Assembly (NCBI GenBank): GCA_944392605.1
Contig: CALXXE010000005.1
Location: forward strand, 73,525 to 137,524
DNA length: 64,000 nucleotides
Direction of reading: 5' to 3'
Origin: an uncultured Clostridia bacterium
Lineage (GTDB): Bacteria > Bacillota > Clostridia > TANB77 > CAG-508
Shown: positions 1 to 9,693 of the stretch, piece by piece
Layout of the letters: each line of letters begins with the position of its first letter
How positions within the stretch are numbered: the first letter of the stretch is position 1
Program-made: the position numbers and the translations under genes
Notes under the pieces: generated by a model
Told to the model about the DNA's origin: nothing
Seen by the model: only the letters and a program-made list of their open reading frames with translations
Database searches by the model: none

Positions 1-1
1 T

Positions 2-778
2 GCAGATATTGGTATAGCTATGGGAAAAAACGGAACAGATGTTGCTAAAAGTGCATCTGATATGATACTTACAGATGATAATTTTGTTACAATTGTAGAA
101 GCTGTAAAACAGGGAAGAAATATATATGATAATATCAAAAAAGCAATTCATTTTTTAATTGCAACAAATATAGGAGAAATAGTAACTATTTTTATGGGGT
201 TAGTATTAGGATTCAAATCACCACTTCTTGCAATACAATTATTATGGATTAATTTAGTAACAGATTCATTTCCAGCTATTGCAATTGGGTTAGAACCACC
301 TGAAAAAAATAACATGACTAGAAATCCTGTAGATAGTAAAAAAGGAATTTTTGCAGATGGATTATGGAACAAAATTATTGTAGAGGGTATAATGCTTGGA
401 ATGTTAACATTAATAGCATTTAGTATAGGAAATAAGTATTATGGACTAGAAGTTGGAAGAACTATGGCTTTTGTAGCTTTAGGTGTATTAGAACTTGTAC
501 ACAGTTTTAATATAAAAAGTGAAGAATCTATCTTTAAAGTTGGAATTTTCGAAAATAAATTTTTGATAGGAAGCTTCATATTAGGAGTACTAATACAAAC
601 TATTGTAGTTATAATACCTACATTTGCAAACATATTTAGTTTGGTTCCACTAACTAGCACACAATGGATAATAGTAGCTATAATTTCAATACTTCCAATT
701 CCTATTATGGAATTACAGAAAAAAGTAGATGAGATAAAATTTGGAAAAGTAATTTATACAGAAAAGCAAAAAATATAG
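2..778 (+). CDS. P-type cation-transporting ATPase (P2/Ca2+-type), C-terminal fragment; 5' part outside window
   Basis: Frame open to window edge; ADIGIAMG..GTDVAKSASDMILTDDNF hinge motif of P-type ATPases followed by hydrophobic C-terminal helices. Confidence 0.85.
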   Translation, partial: ADIGIAMGKNGTDVAKSASDMILTDDNFVTIVEAVKQGRNIYDNIKKAIHFLIATNIGEIVTIFMGLVLGFKSPLLAIQLLWINLVTDSFPAIAIGLEPPEKNNMTRNPVDSKKGIFADGLWNKIIVEGIMLGMLTLIAFSIGNKYYGLEVGRTMAFVALGVLELVHSFNIKSEESIFKVGIFENKFLIGSFILGVLIQTIVVIIPTFANIFSLVPLTSTQWIIVAIISILPIPIMELQKKVDEIKFGKVIYTEKQKI

Positions 779-890
779 AAATGATGTTTTTTAGGACGAG
801 GCAAAAAAACAGAATTTATTAAAATTATTGATTTAAAAGCATTAATAGAACTAAAATTACATATAATATATAAAATTAATTTGAAATATA

Positions 891-1002
891 TTACGAAAAA
901 ATTCCGCAAACGGAAAAAATTCGTAATAGAAAATTGACTAAATGTATAATTTTGTGATATAATTTTTACGAAAAAGTTCCGTAAACGGAAAAAATTCGTA
1001 AT
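891..1002 (+). promoter_or_regulatory. Promoter of AAA+ ATPase gene flanked by two copies of a 37-nt quasi-palindromic motif (putative operators)
   Basis: TTACGAAAAAATTCCGCAAACGGAAAAAATTCGTAAT at 891-927 and a 35/37-identical copy at 966-1002 bracket TTGACT (934-939), an 18-nt spacer and TGaTATAAT (-10 at 958-963). Confidence 0.6.
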
Positions 1003-1014
1003 GGAGGAAAAAGC

Positions 1015-2259
1015 ATGGAAATCAAAAGAGATTATTATTTACAAGAACTTATAGATAGAATAGATAATGGGCTTATAAAGATAATAACAGGAATTAGAAG
1101 ATGTGGTAAATCTTATTTATTAAACAAAATATTTAAAAATTATCTTATAAATAATGGAATAGATGATGAGCATATAATACAATTAAGTTTAGATGAAAAT
1201 AAAAATAAGAAATATTTAGATCCAGACGTACTAGATGAATATGTAAGAAGTTTAATCAAGGATAATAATAAGTACTTTATACTATTAGATGAAATACAAG
1301 AAGTAAAGGATTTTGAATCAGTTTTAATTGGATTTATGCATATAGATAATGTGGAAATTTATGTGACTGGAAGTAATTCAAAATTTTTGTCATCAGACAT
1401 TGTAACAGAATTTAGAGGTAGAGGAGATGAAATAAGAGTATATCCTTTATCTTTTGCAGAATTCTATTCTGTATATGATGGCTCTGAAGAAAAGGCATTA
1501 AGCGAATATTATACTTATGGAGGACTACCTTTAACGGTACTTTCAAAAACTGATAATAGTAAAATAAATTATTTAAGAACACAAAAAGATAATGTGTATA
1601 TTAATGATATTGTTGATAGAAACAAAGTTCAAAATAAAGAAGAATTAGAAATGCTAGTACAAATAATAGCATCTGATATAGGTTGTCTTACCAATCCTTT
1701 AAAATTATCTAATAATTTTAAGGAAAGAGATAAAACAAGTAGTATGACTGATAAAACAATATATAACTATTTAGGATATTTACAAGATGCTTTTATGATA
1801 GAGAAAGCGAGAAGATTTGATGTAAGAGGAAAAAGATTTATTGAAACACCTCAAAAATATTATTTTACAGATATGGGAATTAGAAATTTATTTTTAGATT
1901 TTAGACAAAGTGAAGAAATATCACATACAATGGAAAATGTTATTTATATAGAGTTAAAGAAACGTGGATACAATGTCGACGTGGGTTCTGTTGAAATACG
2001 TGAAGGAGATGCAAAAAAACAATTAGAAATTGATTTTGTAGCTAATAAAGGAAACAATAAAATATATATCCAGTCGGCTCTTGAAATGAAGACACCAGAG
2101 AAAGTACAACAAGAGCAAAAATCACTATTAAATGTAAATGATTTTTTCAAAAAAATAATAATAGTTGGAGACAATATAAAAAGATCTCGTTATGATAATG
2201 GAATTATTTTAATGAGTATCTATGATTTCCTTTTAGATAGCAATAGTTTGAATTATTAA
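1015..2259 (+). CDS. AAA+ ATPase, AAA_14 N-domain plus DUF4143-like C-domain (COG1373 type)
   Basis: 414-aa ORF; Walker A GIRRCGKS, Walker B FILLDEIQ; GGAGG SD upstream of ATG. Confidence 0.85.
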   Translation: MEIKRDYYLQELIDRIDNGLIKIITGIRRCGKSYLLNKIFKNYLINNGIDDEHIIQLSLDENKNKKYLDPDVLDEYVRSLIKDNNKYFILLDEIQEVKDFESVLIGFMHIDNVEIYVTGSNSKFLSSDIVTEFRGRGDEIRVYPLSFAEFYSVYDGSEEKALSEYYTYGGLPLTVLSKTDNSKINYLRTQKDNVYINDIVDRNKVQNKEELEMLVQIIASDIGCLTNPLKLSNNFKERDKTSSMTDKTIYNYLGYLQDAFMIEKARRFDVRGKRFIETPQKYYFTDMGIRNLFLDFRQSEEISHTMENVIYIELKKRGYNVDVGSVEIREGDAKKQLEIDFVANKGNNKIYIQSALEMKTPEKVQQEQKSLLNVNDFFKKIIIVGDNIKRSRYDNGIILMSIYDFLLDSNSLNY

Positions 2260-2299
2260 AACAAAAAAGAAGTTTTATTTTTAAGGATAAAGCTTCTTT

Positions 2300-2488
2300 T
2301 TAGTTTTTTATAAATTTTATAATTTCATCATCTGGTATATCTAATGCTTTTACAATCTTTTTGAAGGTCGAAACTCTTGTGTTTTCTTCGTTATGTTCTA
2401 GACGTTGTAAATGTCTTGAACTAATACCGATTTCTTCTGCAAGTTCTTCTTGTGATAATTTATGTCTTTTTCTGTATTGCTTTATCAT
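2300..2488 (-). CDS. XRE-family helix-turn-helix transcriptional regulator (62 aa)
   Basis: HKLSQEELAEEIGISSRHLQRLE matches the Cro/C1 HTH pattern; GGAGGT SD upstream on the minus strand. Confidence 0.8.
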   Translation of the reverse strand: MIKQYRKRHKLSQEELAEEIGISSRHLQRLEHNEENTRVSTFKKIVKALDIPDDEIIKFIKN

Positions 2489-2653
2489 CTTTTACCTCCA
2501 ACATAAGATTTTAATTATTATATTATAGTTATAGTTGAATTAGAACGACATTTTTGTCTTAACAGATTATAATAAGTACTTTTAAGATTAGTGTAAAAAC
2601 AAATTCTATATTAAAATTGAGCAAAAAAGATTTTCAAAAAAGTACTAAAATAC

Positions 2654-2769
2654 TTGCAAAAACTTCAAAAATGTGGTAGAATAGCTATGCTTTGAAAATT
2701 AGCATGGCTATTTTTCAAATCTCTACTTACAGTAAATGTAGGTTAAAAATCCAAAGGGAGGTGAAAATA
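2654..2769 (+). promoter_or_regulatory. rpsF operon promoter and structured leader
   Basis: TTGCAA (2654-2659), 17-nt spacer, TGgTAGAAT (2677-2682); leader hairpin AGCTATGCT..AGCATGGCT at 2683-2709 before the AGGGAGGTG SD. Confidence 0.5.
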
Positions 2770-3054
2770 ATGAGCAAATACGAAAGTATTATCATTGTTA
2801 ATCCAAATGTAGATGAAGAAGGTTTAAAATCTTTAGAGGAGAGATTTACAGGATTAATTAATGAAAATGGTAAAGTAGAATCAGTTGAAAATATGGGTAA
2901 GAAAAAATTAGCTTACGAAATCAAAAAGTTTGCTGAAGGGACATACTTACTATTCAACTTTGAATCAAAACCATCAGCAATAGCTGAAATCGAAAGAGTT
3001 TACAGAATTACAGATGAAATCTTAAAACACATTGTTGTAAAAAAAGATGAATAA
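2770..3054 (+). CDS. rpsF: 30S ribosomal protein S6
   Basis: MSKYESIIIVNP... S6-like; the ATG at 2770 has a strong SD; the ORF-track start at 2692 lacks one. Confidence 0.95.
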   Translation: MSKYESIIIVNPNVDEEGLKSLEERFTGLINENGKVESVENMGKKKLAYEIKKFAEGTYLLFNFESKPSAIAEIERVYRITDEILKHIVVKKDE

Positions 3055-3104
3055 TCAAAAATAAAAAATAAGGACCGAATTAAAGTAGGAAAGGTGATAA
3101 GAAA

Positions 3105-3533
3105 ATGAACAAAGTTATATTAATGGGAAGATTAACAAGGGATCCAGAAGTAAGATATACACAAACAAATAATACACTAGTTGCATCTTTTAGTTTAGCA
3201 GTAAATAGAAGATTTGTTAGACAAGGAGAAGAAAGACAAGCAGATTTTATAAATATTGTTGCTTGGAGCAAACTAGGAGAATTTTGTAGTAAATACTTTA
3301 AAAAAGGTCAGCAAGTAGGAATAATCGGAAGAATTCAAACAAGGAATTGGGATGATGACCAAGGTGTAAAACATTATGTAACAGAAGTAGTTGCAGAAGA
3401 AGCATATTTTGCAGATAGTAAAAGAGATCAAGATGTTGGAAGCTCTACTTTCGAAAATACATTTGGAAATACTGAGCCAGGAAGCATGGGATCAGATTTT
3501 GAAATTTCTTCAAGTGATGACCTACCATTCTAA
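3105..3533 (+). CDS. ssb: Single-stranded DNA-binding protein
   Basis: OB-fold N-terminus [15 protein letters not shown], acidic C-terminal tip DDLPF; classic rpsF-ssb-rpsR context. Confidence 0.95.
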   Translation: MNKVILMGRLTRDPEVRYTQTNNTLVASFSLAVNRRFVRQGEERQADFINIVAWSKLGEFCSKYFKKGQQVGIIGRIQTRNWDDDQGVKHYVTEVVAEEAYFADSKRDQDVGSSTFENTFGNTEPGSMGSDFEISSSDDLPF

Positions 3534-3556
3534 TAAGATTAGGGGGGAATAATAAA

Positions 3557-3832
3557 ATGTCAGATAAAAAACAAAATAAGAGAAATAAAAACTATGATGA
3601 TGACTACAATCCAAGATTTAGAAAACAAAGAAAAAAAGTATGTCTATTATGTAGTGATAAAAACTTCGTATTAGATTACAAAAATCCTGAACAATTAAGA
3701 AAATTTATTAATGATAAAGGAAAAATATTACCAAGAAGAACAACAGGAGCTTGTAGTAAACATCAAAGAGACATAACAAAAGCAATAAAAAGAGCAAGAC
3801 ATATTGCTTTATTACCATATACACAAAATTAA
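3557..3832 (+). CDS. rpsR: 30S ribosomal protein S18
   Basis: [38 protein letters not shown] conserved S18 core. Confidence 0.95.
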   Translation: MSDKKQNKRNKNYDDDYNPRFRKQRKKVCLLCSDKNFVLDYKNPEQLRKFINDKGKILPRRTTGACSKHQRDITKAIKRARHIALLPYTQN

Positions 3833-3957
3833 TTTTTAAATTTTAATAGAAACGTTTATAATATTATTTATGAACGTTTTTATTATTTTTTCGAGACATT
3901 TTTTTCTTTACATTTAAAATATCATATGATATAATTTTTGCATAGTAGACAAAAGAG

Positions 3958-4932
3958 GTGAAGAGTTTGAATCAAATATTAAGTGTTGAACCTCCAAAGC
4001 CAAAGAAAGAAAAAAAACAAAAAAATAATATAAGAAGTAGTGGCGGAGGAACAATAGAAATAGAGAAAATTGTTAGATTTTTTGCTATTGTTCTAATAGT
4101 TTTTGGTATAATAATGATAGCTAGTGGATCATATTCTATGTATCAAGGAACGCAGATAGGAAATAGTCAAGCGAAGCCAACTATTTCGGTTCAAGAAGTT
4201 TCAGAAACGCAATTAGAATTAGAAGTAAGTCATAGTACTCCACTACAAAGAGTAACATATAGCTGGAATAATGATGAACAGGTTGAATTAGATGCATCAG
4301 GAAAGAGAAGTGTAACTCAAACAATAGAGATTCCAACAGGAGATAATACATTAAATGTATATGCTGTTGATCAAGATGGGAAAGAAACAAATTATTCTAG
4401 AATGTATACAAGAGAAGGAGATATATCTATTGATTTTGCTGTAGATGGAAGTAATTTAAAAGTTACAGCAAGTGGAAAAAATCAACTTTCTTATATGACA
4501 TATAGATGGGATGAAGAAGAAGAACAAAGAGTTGATATAAATAATATGGATGTAGAGTATTCAATAGAAATTCCAATGGGACAACATACTTTAACAGTTT
4601 CTGTTGTAGATGTTAATAATACAATGGAAACAAAGGAACAAGAAGTAAAAGGAGTTACAAAACCGACAGTAGAGATTTCATTAGACGATTCAAAGAGTTT
4701 CTTTGTTGTAAAAGCTTCTGATGATGAAGGAATTACAAGAGTAGAAGTTACAATAGATGAAGATGAAAATCAAAAATATTTATTTAACCTAGAACAAGCA
4801 TATCCTATAGAAGAAAGAAAACAATTTGAATATGGTCAATTTGCATTACATGATGGGGAAAATAAGATAGAAGTAACAGTTTATAATGAAAGTGGAGTAA
4901 GTGAAACAGCTGCAGCTATGTTAAATAAATAA
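3958..4932 (+). CDS. Membrane-anchored protein with three tandem Ig-like/beta-sandwich repeats, unknown function
   Basis: One N-terminal TM (FFAIVLIVFGIIMIA); three ~80-aa repeats each ending in a ..G.NTL.V..VD....ET pattern; the real start may be TTG 3967, 8 nt after AGAGG. Confidence 0.6.
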   Translation: MKSLNQILSVEPPKPKKEKKQKNNIRSSGGGTIEIEKIVRFFAIVLIVFGIIMIASGSYSMYQGTQIGNSQAKPTISVQEVSETQLELEVSHSTPLQRVTYSWNNDEQVELDASGKRSVTQTIEIPTGDNTLNVYAVDQDGKETNYSRMYTREGDISIDFAVDGSNLKVTASGKNQLSYMTYRWDEEEEQRVDINNMDVEYSIEIPMGQHTLTVSVVDVNNTMETKEQEVKGVTKPTVEISLDDSKSFFVVKASDDEGITRVEVTIDEDENQKYLFNLEQAYPIEERKQFEYGQFALHDGENKIEVTVYNESGVSETAAAMLNK

Positions 4933-4938
4933 AATAAG

Positions 4939-4965
4939 ACCTCCTACAATTTGTAGGAGGTTTTT
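4939..4965 (+). terminator. Intrinsic terminator
   Basis: ACCTCCTACA / TGTAGGAGGT 10-bp stem followed by TTTTT. Confidence 0.8.
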
Positions 4966-4977
4966 GAAAGGAAAGAT

Positions 4978-5778
4978 ATGGGAGAAAAACTATTTTTAAT
5001 ATTAACATATTTTTTAATTTATTCATTTCTAGGATGGGTCGTAGAATCAGTATTTAGATCAATTAGTGAGAAAAAAATAATAAATACAGGATTCTTAAAA
5101 GGTCCAATTTGTCCAATATATGGTTTTGGAGCAATGATAATGTTTACAGTATTAAATGGACTTTCAAACAACTTTGTTTTATTATTCTTTAGTTCAGTAA
5201 TAATACTAACGCTTTGGGAATATATTGTAGGTGTATTATTGGAGAAGATATTTAATACAAAGTATTGGGATTATTCAGACCATAAGTTTAATTTTCAAGG
5301 AAGAATATGCTTATCAAACTCAATATATTGGGGAATATTAGGAGTCGTATTTGTTAAATATATTCATCCTTTTATGCAAGAAGTCATAGAAAATATAAAT
5401 ATAGATATATTACATTTTGTAGTAGCAATTGTAAGCTTGGTATTTGTGGTTGATGTAATAACAAGTATTGTTAAAGTTAAGAACATAAAATCAGCATTAG
5501 AGAGAATAGAAGAGCTAAATAATGAAATAAAAGACAAATTGAAAGAAATAGCACAAGCAACAGAAAAGAATACAGAGAAAGTAGATATAACTGAAAATGT
5601 ACAAAAAATAGTAGAAGAATTAAATGAAAAGAGAAATAAGATAATATTTAGATTATATAAAAATGTATATAGATTAAAAAAGGCTTTTCCAGCTATAGAT
5701 ACTAAAGAGATAAGAGAGATCTTAAATAAGAAAATAGAGTTAAAAAAAATTGTGAAAAATAAACAAAATAAAAGCTAA
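4978..5778 (+). CDS. CmpB-like membrane protein (putative ABC-transporter type IV family, PF06541-like) with coiled-coil tail
   Basis: N-terminal FLIYSFLGWVVESVF signature, multiple TM helices, K/E-rich C-terminus. Confidence 0.6.
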   Translation: MGEKLFLILTYFLIYSFLGWVVESVFRSISEKKIINTGFLKGPICPIYGFGAMIMFTVLNGLSNNFVLLFFSSVIILTLWEYIVGVLLEKIFNTKYWDYSDHKFNFQGRICLSNSIYWGILGVVFVKYIHPFMQEVIENINIDILHFVVAIVSLVFVVDVITSIVKVKNIKSALERIEELNNEIKDKLKEIAQATEKNTEKVDITENVQKIVEELNEKRNKIIFRLYKNVYRLKKAFPAIDTKEIREILNKKIELKKIVKNKQNKS

Positions 5779-5843
5779 AAACTATTGAAAAATATAGACA
5801 TATTTGTATATAATAAAGCTAAATAAAATAAAGGAGCAAGCAA

Positions 5844-6767
5844 ATGGTACAAGAGATATATATTATAGATGATGATGACTCTTCAATTGTTATTTTTAGG
5901 GAACTATTTAGAAATGACCCTGAATATAAATTTATTAGTGTAAAAACACAGCAAATAGATTTAGCACTAAAAAATATTCCATCTTTAATCGTAATAAATG
6001 AAGATGCTATAGATAGAGATGTAATAGACTTATGTAGAAAAATTAGGAAAGATGAGGATAACACTATAACTCCAGTAATTGTAGTTTCATCTAAAAAAAG
6101 TAGAGAACATAGAGTAAGGATACTTAGAGAGTCAGTAGAATATTTTATAAAAAAACCAGTAGATGAGCAATATTTATATTACACTGTAAAAAATCTAAAT
6201 AGACTTCTTGCAAGTAATAGAAGGGTAAGTCCATTAACAGGATTACCAGGAAATGTACAAATACATGCGGAATTAAAGAAAAGAATAGGAAGAGGAGAAG
6301 CCTTTTCAGTATTATATTTAGATTTAGATAATTTTAAGGCATATAATGATGTATATGGTTTCTTAAAAGGAGATCAAATAATAGAATTTACAGCAGATAC
6401 AATTGTAAATTTAGTTAATAGTGATGAATTAGAGAATACTTTTGTAGGGCATATTGGTGGAGATGATTTTGTAGCAATTGTACCAGGAACTAATTGTGAA
6501 AAATTATGTCAAAATATAATATCTCATTTTGATACAAATGTATTGCAATATTTTACAGAAGAAGATGTTGAAAAAGGTTATATAGAAGTAGCAAATAGAA
6601 AAGGAATAATAGAACAATTCCCATTAACATCTTTATCAATAGGAGTTGTTGTTGCAGATAAAGGAAGATTCCATAACATATTAGAGATAGGTGAGGTAGG
6701 TGCACAAGTAAAACATGCAGCCAAATCAGTTATGGGAAGCAGTTATGCAATAGATAAGAGAAAATAA
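5844..6767 (+). CDS. Response-regulator receiver fused to a GGDEF-type (diguanylate cyclase-like) domain
   Basis: IYIIDDDD...KKP receiver pattern; LTGLPGN and GGDDF (6456-6470) in the C-terminal domain. Confidence 0.75.
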   Translation: MVQEIYIIDDDDSSIVIFRELFRNDPEYKFISVKTQQIDLALKNIPSLIVINEDAIDRDVIDLCRKIRKDEDNTITPVIVVSSKKSREHRVRILRESVEYFIKKPVDEQYLYYTVKNLNRLLASNRRVSPLTGLPGNVQIHAELKKRIGRGEAFSVLYLDLDNFKAYNDVYGFLKGDQIIEFTADTIVNLVNSDELENTFVGHIGGDDFVAIVPGTNCEKLCQNIISHFDTNVLQYFTEEDVEKGYIEVANRKGIIEQFPLTSLSIGVVVADKGRFHNILEIGEVGAQVKHAAKSVMGSSYAIDKRK

Positions 6768-6883
6768 GAAAAATAAAAAAATTAAAAAAGATTTTAGTAA
6801 AAGACTAAAGTCTTTTTATTTTTTGTTCTAAATTTAAGATAGCCTTCATAAACTAATACAAGAAAAAGTTTAGGAGGTTTTTT

Positions 6884-7936
6884 ATGGACAAGATTAATTT
6901 GTTGGAAAAGGTTGAGGAATTAACATTATATACAGGAACATTTGGAAGAAAGAAATGTACATGTTCTTGTATAGGTTGTACTCAAGAAAGTTATGGAAGA
7001 AGACATAAGGATTATCAGGGAAATTTAGAACAAATAAAAATTATAATAGAAAAATTACCTAATCTAAAAAATGCATATATACTAGGAAATCCAGATGTAT
7101 CAGTAGATACTGAATTTTGTAATAAGGTTGCAAAAGAATTTATAAAATCAGGAAAAAAAGTAATGTTTTCAACGTCAGGATATAATGGGATAGAAGTTAT
7201 AAAAAAATTAACAGAAGGGATAGATAGTAAAAATATTAATTATATAAGTTATAGTGTAGATACAATGGATAGCGAGAAATTACAATATTTAAAGGGAAGT
7301 AATAAAATGAATTTAGATGAAATAAATGAAGCTATAAAATATTGCTTAAGTGAAGGAATAACAGTTAAAATACAGCCAACTATATGGGAGATAAATCAAG
7401 ATGATTATAAAGATATAATAGAATTTTACTCAAAACTTGGAATAGAATGGTTTACTTTTCATGCAGGAAGTTTTGAATCTTTACAAGGAAGAGACATTCC
7501 ATTAAACCATGTAAACCCAAGAAAATGGATGGAAATTGTAAAAGAAATAAATCGTTTAGCAATAAGGAAGAATTTGAAGATAAAAGCTCCTAAAATATTT
7601 TTAGAAGATGATGAATGGAAGATATACAAAAAAGAAAATAAAGTTTATTGTCAAAATGGTGGAAGAGGACTTCAAATATGGATGCAAGAAGATGGATTAA
7701 AAGCGACATTTTGCCCTGTTTTATCAGAAGTTATGCCAGAATTTACATTTGATTTAGAAAAGGAAGAACCAAGAATTCTAAATAATGAAAAAAATAATTG
7801 TATGGTTTGTAGCAAATGTTTAGATAATAAAGTAAAAGATATGTCTGTAAAAAAAGAAGGAAGAGAATTTTTATTAAATAATAAAATGGTACATAATGTA
7901 TGTCGTTACTATTCAGAAAAAAGAAGATATGGATAG
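6884..7936 (+). CDS. Radical SAM protein with Cys-rich C-terminus
   Basis: CX3CX2C in KKCTCSCIGC near the N-terminus; additional C-terminal cysteines (CMVCSKC, VCRYY). Confidence 0.65.
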   Translation: MDKINLLEKVEELTLYTGTFGRKKCTCSCIGCTQESYGRRHKDYQGNLEQIKIIIEKLPNLKNAYILGNPDVSVDTEFCNKVAKEFIKSGKKVMFSTSGYNGIEVIKKLTEGIDSKNINYISYSVDTMDSEKLQYLKGSNKMNLDEINEAIKYCLSEGITVKIQPTIWEINQDDYKDIIEFYSKLGIEWFTFHAGSFESLQGRDIPLNHVNPRKWMEIVKEINRLAIRKNLKIKAPKIFLEDDEWKIYKKENKVYCQNGGRGLQIWMQEDGLKATFCPVLSEVMPEFTFDLEKEEPRILNNEKNNCMVCSKCLDNKVKDMSVKKEGREFLLNNKMVHNVCRYYSEKRRYG

Positions 7937-7945
7937 GAGAAAATT

Positions 7946-9643
7946 ATGAATAATACAAAAGATATAACTATTAAAGATGTTGTTTACATGGCAAAGATAA
8001 AGAATAGGACTATTGATAAAAATAAAATAATAAGAGCATATGAATATGCAGTGAAGATGCATAAGGACCAAAAAAGAAAATCAGGAGAACCATATATAAT
8101 ACATCCACTAAATGTGGCATATATATTAGCAGGTTTAGGATTAGATACAACAACAATATGTGCAGCACTTCTTCATGATGTGGTTGAGGATACAGAAGCA
8201 ACATATGAGGACATTAAAGAGAGATTTGGAGAAGATACCGCAACACTTGTAGAAGGCGTAACTAAATTAAGTAAATTGTTTAAAACAGTAGAAGAAGCAC
8301 AAGCAGAAAATTATAAGAAAATGTTTATTGCTATGGAAAAAGATATTAGAGTTATAATATTAAAATTAGCTGATAGGCTTCATAATGTTAGAACCCTTCA
8401 ATATCTAAGAAGAGATAGACAAATTGCAATTAGTAAAGAAACAATAGAATTATACGCTCCAATTGCACACAAACTTGGAATGTATGACATGAAGATGAAA
8501 TTACAAGATGGAGCTTTTAAATATTTGTATCCAGAAGATTATGGAAAAGTAAAAAAAGAATTAGAACAAAGTCTAAATAAAAATAAAATATTGTTAGAAA
8601 AAACAAAAGATAGAATAATGTCAGAACTAAAAAGACAAAGGATAGTTGCTAATGTAAAAATAGAAAGTAAACATTTATTTAATATATATAGAAAAATGAA
8701 AGATGAAAATATTAATATGGGCGAGATAAAAGATTTATTTGCAATAAAGATAATAACAAAAGGAAAAGCAGAATGTTATAGAATATTAGGAATTTTAAAT
8801 ACTATATATTCTATAATACCAGGAACATTTAGAGATTATATAGCTCTACCTAGAAATAATATGTATCAAGCAATACATGAAATATTATTAGGTGAAAATG
8901 GAGTGATGTTTGAGACCAAAATATGTAGTTATACAATGAATAAAATAGATAAATATGGAATTACAAATTATTTCTCATATATGATGTATGGGAAAGCTAA
9001 GAAAACAGAGAATATGTTTGAAAACAATTTATCAGGAATTAAAGATAGTTTAGAATTAGAAGATTTAATTGAAAATCCAAAAGGCTTTTTAGAAACCTTA
9101 AAAAATGAAATTTTGGATGATGAAGTTTATGTGTTTACACCTACAGGGGATATAAAGGTTCTTCCAAAAGGTTCAACTGCAATTGATTTTGCATATGGAG
9201 TACATCAAGAGATTGGAGACCATATAAAAAGATGTATAATAAATAGTATTCCAATGCCATTTATCACTAAACTAAAAAATGGAGACATAGTAGAAATAGA
9301 AGTGGGTAAAAGAGAAACAAACTTCCAAGAAGAATGGCTAAAAGATGTGAAAACAGCAAAAGCTAAAACAAGAATGGTTAAGTTATTAAATAAGAATAAA
9401 CAAAAAGAGAAAGAGGAAAAAACTTTTGAAATACTTGCAAAAGATAGAAGAAATTTAGTATTAGAGATAACAAATACATTTACTAAAAACAAAATAAATA
9501 TAGAAAGTCTAGAAGCAGATGTAAATGATGAAAAAGCAAGAATAAGACTTACCGTTAAGGAAAGAACAAAAATAGATTTAAAACAAATAATAGAGATATT
9601 GCAAGAAATTGAAGATGTAAAAAAAGTAAGATTGGAAGAGTAA
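7946..9643 (+). CDS. RelA/SpoT-homolog (RSH), compact 565-aa form
   Basis: HD motifs (HPLNVA, LLHDVVEDT, LADRLHNVRTL); synthetase-like segment (FNIYRKM, RDYIALPRNNMYQAIH); TGS (VYVFTPTGDIKVLPKGSTAIDFAY); ACT-like C-terminus. Confidence 0.85.
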   Translation: MNNTKDITIKDVVYMAKIKNRTIDKNKIIRAYEYAVKMHKDQKRKSGEPYIIHPLNVAYILAGLGLDTTTICAALLHDVVEDTEATYEDIKERFGEDTATLVEGVTKLSKLFKTVEEAQAENYKKMFIAMEKDIRVIILKLADRLHNVRTLQYLRRDRQIAISKETIELYAPIAHKLGMYDMKMKLQDGAFKYLYPEDYGKVKKELEQSLNKNKILLEKTKDRIMSELKRQRIVANVKIESKHLFNIYRKMKDENINMGEIKDLFAIKIITKGKAECYRILGILNTIYSIIPGTFRDYIALPRNNMYQAIHEILLGENGVMFETKICSYTMNKIDKYGITNYFSYMMYGKAKKTENMFENNLSGIKDSLELEDLIENPKGFLETLKNEILDDEVYVFTPTGDIKVLPKGSTAIDFAYGVHQEIGDHIKRCIINSIPMPFITKLKNGDIVEIEVGKRETNFQEEWLKDVKTAKAKTRMVKLLNKNKQKEKEEKTFEILAKDRRNLVLEITNTFTKNKINIESLEADVNDEKARIRLTVKERTKIDLKQIIEILQEIEDVKKVRLEE

Positions 9644-9693
9644 TATAATATAAAAAATAAAATATAAATAATAGTAGGATATTATTTAGGAGA

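Noticed and set aside
2692-2769. ORF-track upstream starts for several genes: 2692 rpsF, 26070, 41931, 58537, 61342 and 62636
   Set aside because: The downstream in-frame starts have proper SD spacing and match the expected family N-termini. The upstream extensions overlap promoters, leaders or neighbouring genes.
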